A DNA stretch of 63,752 nt, counting the filler. It is 5 parts of 5 records of this genome, joined end to end, with 100 filler letters (N's around TTAATTAATTAA, not from the genome) between each part and the next. Parts side by side here need not be neighbours in the genome. Positions count along the whole stretch, not along the records: positions 50,313 to 58,465 come from SRR31156797_1329; positions 58,566 to 63,752 come from SRR31156797_1426; 3 more parts are not named here. One strand, written 5' to 3'. Under the pieces are notes generated by a model, which saw only the letters and a list, made by a program, of their open reading frames with translations, made no database searches and was not told the DNA's origin. A program made the position numbers and the translations under genes. Below are positions 55,168 to 63,752 of this stretch, piece by piece; within the stretch, counting starts at the first letter, position 1, and the number at the start of each line of letters is the position of its first letter.

Positions 55168-56877
55168 ATGAAACAATTTTTTAAATATTACTTACCTTAT
55201 TATAAAAACTACAAATTAAAAATATTTTTTGCTTTAATAGGTATTTTAGGGGTTGCAGGAGGAAGTGCTGGACTTGCTTATATTGTAAAACCTTTACTTG
55301 ACCAAGTTTTCATTGAAAAAGACCAACAAATGCTTTATATAGTACCAATTTTATTAATTGTTGTACAAACGGCACAAGGGGTTGGTAAATATATTCAAAT
55401 CTACTATACTTCATATATTGGACAAGATATAATCAGAGTTGTTAGAGATAAACTGCTTGCACATATTTTGACTTTAGATATAGACTTTTTCCAAAAGAAA
55501 CATGGTGGAGAGCTTATTTCAAGAGTAACAAATGATATTAATAAAATCCAATCTGCTGTATCAAGTCAAATAGCAGGTATGATTAGAGAGTTCTTAACGA
55601 TTATTGCTTTAATTGGTGTTGTTATTTATCAAAGTGCAGAACTAGCATTCTATGGACTTGTAGTTATGCCTTTAGCTATTTATCCACTTACAGTTTTAGC
55701 AAAAAAGATGAAGAAACTTTCATTTAGATCTCAAGAAAAAGCTTCTGATATTACATCACATTTAAGTGAAATTTTCAACAATGTTGAAATCATAAAAGCA
55801 AACTCAACAGAAAGAACAGAGCTTGACAAATTTGAAAAACACAATAAAAAGTTTTTTGATATCAATATAAAATCAGTTAAGACATCAGAATTAACTTCTC
55901 CACTAATGGAGTTTTTAGGTGCTATTGCAGCAGCTATTGTTATAGTTTATGGTGGTAGTTTAGTAATAGAAGGTGAAATGACAACAGGTACATTTATGTC
56001 ATTTATTGCAGCACTTTTTATGCTTTATGCACCAATTAAAAGATTATCAACAATCTATAATAAACTTCAAAGTGCTATTGCTGCCCATGAAAGAATTCTT
56101 TCTGTTTATGAGATTAAACCTACTATTTTGACAGGTGAAAAAAATATTCCTTCAAAGGTTCAAACAATTGAATTTAAAGATGTAGAACTAAAGTATGATG
56201 ACTTTGTTGCTTTAAAAAATATTAAACTAAATGCTACAAGAGGTGAAAAAGTTGCCCTTGTTGGAGATAGTGGTGGAGGAAAATCTTCTTTAATCAATCT
56301 TCTAATTAGGTTTTATGATACAAGTAAAGGTCAAATTCTATTTAACGATACATGTCTTAGAGATATTTGTATTAAAGATTTAAGAAAGAATATCTCTGTT
56401 GTTACACAAAGGGTTTATATCTTTAATGATACAGTAGCTTCAAATGTTGCTTACGGTGAAGAGTTGGATGAAGAAAGAGTAATTGAAGCTTTAAAACAAG
56501 CTCATGCCTTTGATTTTGTAGAACAACTTGAAGATGGTATTCACACTACTTTAGATGAGTTTGGTACAAACTTAAGTGGTGGGCAAAGACAAAGAATTGC
56601 AATAGCAAGAGCTTTATATAAAAACCCACAAATTCTTATTTTAGATGAAGCAACTTCAGCCTTAGATAATGAGAGTGAATCTATTATTTCTGAAGTTATA
56701 GATGAAGTATCACAAGATAGATTTGTTTTTGTTATTGCCCATAGATTAAGTACTATTAAAAATGCTGATAAAATAGCCGTATTTAGAAAAGGTGAAATAG
56801 TTTGTGTAGGTAATGAAGAAGAGTTATTAAATAATTGTAAAGAGTATCAAAGACTTTACAATCTTGCAAATATCTAA
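55168..56877 (+). CDS. msbA: ABC exporter, MsbA-like
   Basis: TM domain plus GDSGGGKS, LSGGQRQR, LDEATSALD. Confidence 0.8.
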   Translation: MKQFFKYYLPYYKNYKLKIFFALIGILGVAGGSAGLAYIVKPLLDQVFIEKDQQMLYIVPILLIVVQTAQGVGKYIQIYYTSYIGQDIIRVVRDKLLAHILTLDIDFFQKKHGGELISRVTNDINKIQSAVSSQIAGMIREFLTIIALIGVVIYQSAELAFYGLVVMPLAIYPLTVLAKKMKKLSFRSQEKASDITSHLSEIFNNVEIIKANSTERTELDKFEKHNKKFFDINIKSVKTSELTSPLMEFLGAIAAAIVIVYGGSLVIEGEMTTGTFMSFIAALFMLYAPIKRLSTIYNKLQSAIAAHERILSVYEIKPTILTGEKNIPSKVQTIEFKDVELKYDDFVALKNIKLNATRGEKVALVGDSGGGKSSLINLLIRFYDTSKGQILFNDTCLRDICIKDLRKNISVVTQRVYIFNDTVASNVAYGEELDEERVIEALKQAHAFDFVEQLEDGIHTTLDEFGTNLSGGQRQRIAIARALYKNPQILILDEATSALDNESESIISEVIDEVSQDRFVFVIAHRLSTIKNADKIAVFRKGEIVCVGNEEELLNNCKEYQRLYNLANI

Positions 56878-56938
56878 TATCAAGTTTTTTTCAATACTTT
56901 TTAGATAAAATGTTGAAATTTCATAAAAAAGGAAATAT

Positions 56939-57997
56939 TTGTTTACCTATAACACATTAAAGAAAATATTATTTTTGTTTCAACCTGAAACTGCTCACCA
57001 TTTGGGAGAGTATGGATTAAGAGTTTTACCTAACTGTAGAATTCTAAATAATTATATGGTAAAGAAAAATTTTGTGATGAGCCCAAAACTTACACAAGAA
57101 GTTTTTGGCATTGAATTTAAAAACCCAGTAGGACTTGCTGCAGGTTTTGATAAAAATGCAACTATGATTAAATCTATGCCTGCACTTGGATTTGGTTTTA
57201 CTGAAATTGGAACAATGACTCCAAGAGCTCAAGATGGAAATCCTAAACCAAGAATGTTTAGATACCCTGAGCAAAAATCAGTTCAAAATGCAATGGGATT
57301 TAACAATGAAGGTTCTGCAAAAGTATTAGAGAACTTAAAAAAAGTTTATCCTTTTACTATTCCTGTTGGTGCTAATATTGGTAAAAACAAAACAACACCA
57401 GAAGAGCATGCTCTTTTAGATTATAAAGCTTTAATTAGAAAGTTTAAAGACACAAGTGATTATTTAGTAATAAATATTTCTAGTCCAAATACTCCTAATT
57501 TAAGAGATTTACAAAATGAAAAGTTTATCAATGAGTTATTTGGTATGGCTAAAGAGCTTACAGATAAACCAATATTTCTAAAAATCGCTCCTGATATGGA
57601 AGTTGATGTAGCAATTGAATTATGTAATACAGCTGTAAATGCAGGAGCTGCAGGTATTATTGCTACAAATACAACAATTGATTATTCACTTGTACCAAAC
57701 TGTCAAGACTTTGGTGGTTTAAGTGGTGAATGCTTAAAAGAAAAATCAAGAGATTTATTTGCTGAAATTGCAAAAGAGTTATATGGAAAAACAGTTCTAA
57801 TCTCTGTTGGTGGTATCTCAACAGGAGAAGAAGCATACAAAAGATTAAAGCTTGGAGCAACACTTGTTCAAGCTTATTCTGGACTTGTATTTGAAGGTCC
57901 TTCAATGGTTAGAAAAATCAATGAAGAGATTTTAGAACTTATGCAAAAAGATGGATTTAATAGCATTTCTGAAGTAATTGGTTCAGATTTAAAATAG
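56939..57997 (+). CDS. pyrD: Quinone-dependent dihydroorotate dehydrogenase
   Basis: NPVGLAAGFDKN, NAMGFNN, NISSPNT, KIAPD, GGLSG. Confidence 0.95.
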   Translation: MFTYNTLKKILFLFQPETAHHLGEYGLRVLPNCRILNNYMVKKNFVMSPKLTQEVFGIEFKNPVGLAAGFDKNATMIKSMPALGFGFTEIGTMTPRAQDGNPKPRMFRYPEQKSVQNAMGFNNEGSAKVLENLKKVYPFTIPVGANIGKNKTTPEEHALLDYKALIRKFKDTSDYLVINISSPNTPNLRDLQNEKFINELFGMAKELTDKPIFLKIAPDMEVDVAIELCNTAVNAGAAGIIATNTTIDYSLVPNCQDFGGLSGECLKEKSRDLFAEIAKELYGKTVLISVGGISTGEEAYKRLKLGATLVQAYSGLVFEGPSMVRKINEEILELMQKDGFNSISEVIGSDLK

Positions 57998-58015
57998 AAA
58001 AAAATAGGAAAAGAT

Positions 58016-58465
58016 ATGAGTATAAAAAAGTTTAGATTATTTATAACATGCTTTTCACTATTCATTATTTTCACAGGAGAATTAATGGCTAATAGTTTAT
58101 TAAAATATCATACTAAAACATTAGATAATGGCCTACAAATTGTTGCTATACCTATGGACAATGGTTCAAACGTAGTTTCTACAAATATTTTCTACAATGT
58201 AGGAAGTAGAAATGAAGTTATGGGTAAAAGTGGAATTGCACACATGCTTGAGCATTTAAACTTTAAATCTACAAAAAATTTAGAAGCTGGTGAATTTGAT
58301 GAAGTTGTTAAAGGATTTGGAGGAGTTAATAATGCTTCAACATCTTTTGACTACACAAAATATTTCATTAAATCAAGTTCAAAAAACATGAACAAGTCTT
58401 TAGAGCTTTTTGCAGAACTAATGGAAAACTTAACTTTAAAAGATGAAGAGTTTCAACCAGAAAGA
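58016..58465 (+). CDS. M16 family zinc peptidase (3' truncated)
   Basis: LDNGL, VGSRNE, GIAHMLEHL (HxxEH), NASTSFDYT. Confidence 0.9.
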
Positions 58466-58565
58466 NNNNNNNNNNNNNNNNNNNNNNNNNNNNNNNNNNN
58501 NNNNNNNNNTTAATTAATTAANNNNNNNNNNNNNNNNNNNNNNNNNNNNNNNNNNNNNNNNNNNN
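58466..58565. other. Artificial contig spacer
   Basis: N-run + TTAATTAATTAA + N-run; bacterial to archaeal switch. Confidence 0.97.
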
Positions 58566-58592
58566 TTGCCCAACCGGGAGGGAAATCAAAAA

Positions 58593-59819
58593 TTGAGTCA
58601 ACCTAGTGTTAATATCGGCATGGTAGGTCATGTCGATCACGGAAAAACCACACTTGTCAGCGCACTGTCAGGAGTCTGGACAGATACACATAGCGAAGAG
58701 ATGAAGCGTGGTATATCTATCAGGCTGGGATATGCAGATACTACATTCAGAAAATGCCCTGACTGCCCAGAACCCCAGTGCTATACCGTTGCAGACAAAT
58801 GCGAGGGCTGCGACAAACCATCCGAGGAGTTAAGGACTGTATCCTTTGTAGATGCACCGGGTCACGAGACCCTGATGGCAACTATGCTTTCAGGTGCAGC
58901 AATCATGGATGGGGCTATTCTTGTTATTGCGGCAAACGAAACATGCCCGCAGCCACAGACAAAAGAGCACCTGATGGCACTGAATATCATCGGTATCAAA
59001 AATATTGTCATTGTCCAGAACAAAGTAGACCTTGTACCAAAGGAAAAAGTCATTGAGCACTACAAGCAAATCAAGGAATTTGTGAAGGGAACTGTTGCTG
59101 AAGATGCACCGATTGTACCGATCTCAGCACAGCAGGACATTAACGTAGATGCACTTATCATGACAATTGAAGAGATGATCAAATCACCTTCATACAAGAT
59201 TGATAAAACCCCACACATGCTTATTGCAAGGTCCTTTGACATCAACAAACCGGGTACTCCAATTAAGAAGGTTACCGGTGGTGTCATAGGAGGAACACTT
59301 ACAGAAGGTGTGCTCCATCCCGGAGATGAACTGGAAATCAGGCCAGGAAGAAAGGTAGAGAGTGACGGAATGACCAGATGGGAACCGATCACTACAAAGG
59401 TATCAATGATAGTTGCAGGCAAGGACAATGTTGAAGAAGCAACACCTGGTGGACTGCTTGCTGTTGGTACCAGCCTTGATCCAACACTTACAAAGAGTGA
59501 TACACTTACAGGGCAGGTAGCCGGTCTCCCCGGAACACTTCCGCCTACCCGTGACGATCTTAAACTGGAACTTCACCTTCTGGAAAGAGTAGTTGGAGTA
59601 TCCGACGAGGAAGAAATAGGTCCTATAAAGACCAGTGAACCACTAATGCTTAATGTTGGTACTGCTACGACAGTAGGTGTTGTTACAAGTGCCCGTACAG
59701 ACATTGCAGAAGTTAAATTGAAGAGGCCGGTAAGTGCTGAAAACGGTTCAACCGTGGCAATCAGCAGACGTGTGGGTTCACGCTGGAGACTTATCGGAGT
59801 AGGAGTAATCGAGGATTGA
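58593..59819 (+). CDS. eif2g: Archaeal translation initiation factor 2 gamma subunit
   Basis: [36 protein letters not shown] at 58593 follows GGGAGG. Confidence 0.95.
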   Translation: MSQPSVNIGMVGHVDHGKTTLVSALSGVWTDTHSEEMKRGISIRLGYADTTFRKCPDCPEPQCYTVADKCEGCDKPSEELRTVSFVDAPGHETLMATMLSGAAIMDGAILVIAANETCPQPQTKEHLMALNIIGIKNIVIVQNKVDLVPKEKVIEHYKQIKEFVKGTVAEDAPIVPISAQQDINVDALIMTIEEMIKSPSYKIDKTPHMLIARSFDINKPGTPIKKVTGGVIGGTLTEGVLHPGDELEIRPGRKVESDGMTRWEPITTKVSMIVAGKDNVEEATPGGLLAVGTSLDPTLTKSDTLTGQVAGLPGTLPPTRDDLKLELHLLERVVGVSDEEEIGPIKTSEPLMLNVGTATTVGVVTSARTDIAEVKLKRPVSAENGSTVAISRRVGSRWRLIGVGVIED

Positions 59820-60184
59820 AAGTAATAATCGATACCAACGCGCTTATGATACCCGTTCAGTTCAACGTTGATATTTTTGAAGAACTCAGAAGGCTGGGAT
59901 ATGACACACATCTTGTCCCCACCGCCGTTATCAACGAACTTGGCGCACTGGTAAATAATCTCAAGGGAAAGGACAGAACAGCTGCAAAGGTTGCGCGGTC
60001 AATGGCAGAGAGATGCGAGATCATTAAAGCAGAAGGACATGCAGACGATGTTATTCTGGGTCTTGCTACAGATCTTGCAGCATCTGTGCTTACAAATGAT
60101 ATAGGACTTCGCAAAAGGCTGGAAGAAAGGGACGTCACCGTCATATGCCTGAGGCAGAAAAACAGACTTGAGATAATTTCATAA
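59816..60184 (+). CDS. PIN-domain protein (Fcf1/DUF188-like)
   Basis: IIDTNAL, ADD, TND..L; conserved position after aIF2g. Confidence 0.85.
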   Translation: MKVIIDTNALMIPVQFNVDIFEELRRLGYDTHLVPTAVINELGALVNNLKGKDRTAAKVARSMAERCEIIKAEGHADDVILGLATDLAASVLTNDIGLRKRLEERDVTVICLRQKNRLEIIS

Positions 60185-60251
60185 GCGATATTACATCATT
60201 TTAATATCATATAAGTAGTTAAATATTATACAGATAATTGGAGCCATTCAT

Positions 60252-60818
60252 ATGTATAAAAAGATGAAGCTTGCCGACACAATTAGAGTTGCACCTGATC
60301 TTTTAGGCAAGGATGTTAACCAGAATGTCAAGAATGCCTTGAAACATAAACTTGAAGGCAGAATTGACAAAGAGATTGGAGCCATCGTTGCTATTACACA
60401 GATCAATGAGATTGGAGAAGGTCATATTCTTGTTGGCGATGGTGCTGTGTACTATGATGCAGTCTTTGAGGCAATCGTGTTCGTACCAACTATCCAGGAA
60501 GTTATTGAAGGAGAAGTTGTAGAGACCGTTGATTTCGGTGCTTTTGTCAGCATTGGAGCCATGGATGGCCTTCTGCATGTGAGCCAGGTCACTGATGATT
60601 TCATGTCATACGACGGAAAGAACGGAAGGCTTGTAAGCAAGGGTGGCGGCAAGTCACTTTCCGAAGGTGATAGAGTCAGGGCACGTATTGTTGCTGTGAG
60701 CATCAATGAGAGAGAACCAAGGGAAAGCAAGATCGGACTTACCATGCGCCAGCACTCCCTGGGTAAATTCGAATGGATCGAAGAAGCCAGAAAACCTTCC
60801 GCTGAAAAGGAAGAATAA
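60252..60818 (+). CDS. rpoE: RNA polymerase subunit E' (Rpo7)
   Basis: GDGA.Y, S1 domain FGAFV..DGLLHVSQ, KIGLTMRQ..LGK. Confidence 0.95.
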   Translation: MYKKMKLADTIRVAPDLLGKDVNQNVKNALKHKLEGRIDKEIGAIVAITQINEIGEGHILVGDGAVYYDAVFEAIVFVPTIQEVIEGEVVETVDFGAFVSIGAMDGLLHVSQVTDDFMSYDGKNGRLVSKGGGKSLSEGDRVRARIVAVSINEREPRESKIGLTMRQHSLGKFEWIEEARKPSAEKEE

Positions 60819-60845
60819 AGTTTAAAATAATACTGGAGAGATCAT

Positions 60846-61031
60846 ATGAGCGAACAGGTTTGCAGGGAATGTCACAGGATTATAAACGGTCAGACATGCC
60901 CTATTTGCGGTTCAAGCAATCTTAGTGCTGACTGGAGCGGTATGGTAATCATTATCGATCCGGAGCGTTCAGAGATAGCAAAGAAAATGGACGTCAAGGT
61001 TGCAGATAAATACGCATTGAAGGTGCGCTAA
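60846..61031 (+). CDS. spt4: Transcription elongation factor Spt4 (RpoE'')
   Basis: CRECH..CPICG..WSG..IIDPERSEIA..YALKVR. Confidence 0.95.
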   Translation: MSEQVCRECHRIINGQTCPICGSSNLSADWSGMVIIIDPERSEIAKKMDVKVADKYALKVR

Positions 61032-61625
61032 TTGGGCCTTCAGTTAACTTTACCTGAGTCACTTCGCCCGCATTTTCGTGAGATATTCGGGCGTCTTTAC
61101 AGGGGTAAAGGCGACGACACTATTGAGAAGCTTTCAGAAGACCTGGGTAGTCCCACAAAACTTATATCCGTGGGTGATGTTACTACCTTCCACTTGCTCA
61201 ATCATGGAATAATTCCGGACATCCTTATAGTGGATGACCGAACAAAACGCGGACCGGCATCTGACCGGGTCGTGGTAGGTACCAAGCATAAAGGGTTCAC
61301 CGAAATATCCGTTGACAATCCAGCAGGGGTCATAACCGAAGATCTGATAGACGCTGTAGGAAATGCGTTGAAAACAGATGAACATGTCAGGATATTTGTG
61401 CGCGGCGAGGAGGACCTTGCGGCTGTACCTGCGATTCTTATGGCACCGGAAGGCTCAGCTGTTCTGTATGGACAGCCGGACGAAGGTGTTGTACTTGTTA
61501 AGATAACATCAGATAAGAAGGAACAAATGAAGGACCTGTTTACAGAGATACTTAATGAACAGGACCACAATACAGAACTAATCGAAGCTATTCGGAGGAA
61601 ACTGAATGGATATCAATATCATTAA
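61032..61625 (+). CDS. GTP-dependent dephospho-CoA kinase (DUF359)
   Basis: [27 protein letters not shown]. Confidence 0.88.
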   Translation: MGLQLTLPESLRPHFREIFGRLYRGKGDDTIEKLSEDLGSPTKLISVGDVTTFHLLNHGIIPDILIVDDRTKRGPASDRVVVGTKHKGFTEISVDNPAGVITEDLIDAVGNALKTDEHVRIFVRGEEDLAAVPAILMAPEGSAVLYGQPDEGVVLVKITSDKKEQMKDLFTEILNEQDHNTELIEAIRRKLNGYQYH

Positions 61626-61935
61626 AGACAAAAACAATGCACTCCTCAACAGGCGTGAGTTAAACCTCACTGTCACATTCGACGGAGCAACACCATCAAG
61701 AAACGACGTAAAAGATAAACTTGCAGCTATGCTTACAGTACCACTGGAACTTGTAATCGTCCAGAAGATCGACAATGAGTTTGGTAAACAGGAACTCAAG
61801 GCATACGTCAAGATCTACGAAGATGAAGCTCGCATGAAGCAGGTAGAAGAAGCCTACGTCATAGAGAGGAATAAGCTCCCTGAGCCTGAAGTTGTAGAGG
61901 AAGAAGAAGCACCTGCTGAAGCAGCAGAGGAATGA
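61606..61935 (+). CDS. rps24e: 30S ribosomal protein S24e
   Basis: N.LLNRRE, GATPSR, FG..E...Y.KIY. Confidence 0.95.
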   Translation: MDINIIKDKNNALLNRRELNLTVTFDGATPSRNDVKDKLAAMLTVPLELVIVQKIDNEFGKQELKAYVKIYEDEARMKQVEEAYVIERNKLPEPEVVEEEEAPAEAAEE

Positions 61936-61937
61936 TC

Positions 61938-62087
61938 ATGGCAGCAAAGAATTTCTATAAAGTAAGTGGCGATTCCATCGAGCGTACCCACCAGTCCTGC
62001 CCACGCTGTGGCGAGGGAGTTTTCCTTGCAGAGCACAAGGACAGGCGTTCATGCGGTAAGTGCGGATACACCGAATTCAAGAAATAA
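61938..62087 (+). CDS. rps27ae: 30S ribosomal protein S27ae (absent from the ORF track)
   Basis: MAAKNFYKV...[29 protein letters not shown]. Confidence 0.95.
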   Translation: MAAKNFYKVSGDSIERTHQSCPRCGEGVFLAEHKDRRSCGKCGYTEFKK

Positions 62088-62499
62088 CCCTATTTTAATT
62101 GCAACCCATAAGGGTTGTATTTTTCTGTTTTATTGTGATTTAATGCCTAGCTGAAAGCACATTTTTTCGATTAATTTAAATTTTGTTCCCTGGGAGCCTT
62201 CTTGCGGGAAGTATTCAGACAGGAGAAATCACACCGAAATACTTCATAAAATATAATACTTTTTTTATACGCATAGCTTCGGCACATCAATAACTTTTGT
62301 AGCTCCTGCTGTGTATTTTTCCGTCAAACGTTCCGAAAGATTTAATAATAGGGATATTGTTTGCATATATTAGTTCTAACACAAACAATCATATTGGTGT
62401 ATATTATTTACATAAATTAAAAGTAAAGAGCTACATAATAAAGTGATATACAAATTATAAATATGCAAATAGATATTAGATTATAAACAGAGGGATCAA

Positions 62500-63174
62500 A
62501 TGAATTATATTTATGCTGCCGTGGTTGGTATACTCATAGGCATCTTCATATTCGGACTAAAAACCGGAGTTGGTTGTGGTTTTTCTACGATCAAAAAAAG
62601 AGATGTCCTGTTACTGGCAAGCGGGTATTTTATTATTTCAGTAATATTAGGAAGCCTGGTTGAACTGGTGGATCAGTCATATCTGGAAGGTATTTCAAAC
62701 CTTGGAATGATATTACACGTTTTTATTGCGCTGATCCTTATCGGTGCAGGCATATACACGCAGAAAAAATGGAACTGTGGGCTGGACGTTTCAAAGAAAA
62801 CTTTCCTTGTAATTTCTGTTCCATGTCCTGTTTGTCTCACAGCTCTTTTTGTCTCCTGCATGATACTGGCATCCACCCTTGAGGTAAGCGGGTGGAAAAT
62901 CGGTATTCTTGTAGGATTTACATTCTTCATTTCAGTAATATCATCAACATGGGTATTCAGGAAAATGAAAAAGACACCTGAAGATCTTGGAACAGCAATG
63001 ATGTTTTTGGGAATTTTCTACCTGCTTGGTGCAATGGTAGTTCCTGCATACATCAAGGCAAAAAAGCTCAACATGATGCTAAATAGCGGCGGTGAGCTTG
63101 AAATTATTCCACTGTTGATATTTACAATATTCATAATCGGAGGCTATGCCCTTCATAACATAAGAGGACACTAA
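62500..63174 (+). CDS. DUF2162-like membrane protein
   Basis: GLKTGVG, PCPVC, multiple TM segments; precedes a MotA/TolQ gene as in methanogens. Confidence 0.75.
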   Translation: MNYIYAAVVGILIGIFIFGLKTGVGCGFSTIKKRDVLLLASGYFIISVILGSLVELVDQSYLEGISNLGMILHVFIALILIGAGIYTQKKWNCGLDVSKKTFLVISVPCPVCLTALFVSCMILASTLEVSGWKIGILVGFTFFISVISSTWVFRKMKKTPEDLGTAMMFLGIFYLLGAMVVPAYIKAKKLNMMLNSGGELEIIPLLIFTIFIIGGYALHNIRGH

Positions 63175-63176
63175 AA

Positions 63177-63752
63177 ATGGATGCAACTTCTTCGTTGTTT
63201 GGTATATTATACACGTTTTCAGCTTCACTGCTGTACCCGGTAATAATACTTCTTATACTGCTGGTGGTTTTCTCCCTGATGCTTATAGGGGAATTCCTCT
63301 CAGAGTATGCGAAAAGACACCGGGATATTCAGAATCTGGAACTTTGCTGTAACAAAGTAAGGGAACACCTTGGTTCAAAGGAATATGGAAAAGCTGCAGG
63401 ATCCCTGCGTAACATTAAGCAAAATTTCATGGTAACAGATTTCTCAACGGCTGCAGCGGATCATCTTGAAAAGAACATGATTCCTGCTATCGAATGGCTT
63501 TCACAGGAATACGAGATAAAAATGGCAAAGAGACTGGAGCAGACCAGAATCGTTGCAACGATCTCTCCTATGCTTGGTCTTATGGGTACACTTATTCCTC
63601 TGGGACCTGCTCTTATCGGTCTTTCTCAGGGAGATATCGTACAGCTTGCTAACAATCTTATGATAGCTTTTGCTACAACAGTCATCGGATTATTTGCCGG
63701 AAGTATCGGATACGTACTCACCCAGGTCAGAAAAAGATGGTACTGGCAGGAC
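63177..63752 (+). CDS. MotA/TolQ/ExbB proton channel family protein (3' truncated; absent from the ORF track)
   Basis: SLLYPVII..., PMLGLMGTLIPLGPAL, AFATTVIG. Confidence 0.88.
   Translation, partial: MDATSSLFGILYTFSASLLYPVIILLILLVVFSLMLIGEFLSEYAKRHRDIQNLELCCNKVREHLGSKEYGKAAGSLRNIKQNFMVTDFSTAAADHLEKNMIPAIEWLSQEYEIKMAKRLEQTRIVATISPMLGLMGTLIPLGPALIGLSQGDIVQLANNLMIAFATTVIGLFAGSIGYVLTQVRKRWYWQD

Noticed and set aside
58593-62087. Archaeal genes as horizontal transfer into a bacterium
   Set aside because: They lie on a separate contig and form the standard conserved archaeal aIF2g-rpoE-spt4-rps24e-rps27ae cluster
321-62930. Numerous short antisense or alternate-frame ORFs in the track (e.g. 321-614, 1188-1679, 5788-5973, 46185-46490, 59060-59428, 61966-62154)
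   Set aside because: They are shadows of well-supported genes with no motifs of their own; 61966-62154 masks the real rps27ae

Overview
The window is not one genome. It is five contigs joined by artificial N-run/TTAATTAATTAA spacers (9015-9114, 26567-26666, 50213-50312, 58466-58565). (1) 1-9014: Bacteroidota-like housekeeping genes (secDF end, tatA, antiporter, ABC ATPase, tRNA methylase, MATE, comB, saccharopine dehydrogenase, alkaline phosphatase). (2) 9115-26566: Arcobacter-like (Campylobacterota) recA plus a legionaminic-acid/flagellin glycosylation locus carrying an ACP-FabG-acyl ligase-LuxE-LuxC acyl-tailoring cassette. (3) 26667-50212: an apparently complete ~23.5 kb Bacteroidota-type element bounded by tRNA-His 3'-half att sequences. 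It has a tyrosine integrase with arm-type repeats, a cI/cro switch, a Rep_trans-like initiator, a lysis cassette, a transglutaminase-fold protease 'polyprotein', small beta-rich capsid candidates, an ArdC-metallopeptidase-RadA-like fusion, a repeat-built spike candidate, and cargo (secreted nuclease, PAPS-reductase-like protein, resolvase, two-subunit R-M system). I could recognise no terminase, portal, tail or conjugation genes. It is the best candidate for a novel system: a tailless, probably membrane-containing temperate virus. (4) 50313-58465: Arcobacter-like perR-dps-desulforubrerythrin, murJ, msbA, pyrD. (5) 58566-63752: Methanosarcinaceae-like archaeal aIF2g-rpoE-spt4-rps24e-rps27ae cluster plus DUF2162/MotA-TolQ genes. 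All calls come from motif reading by eye; no database searches were run.
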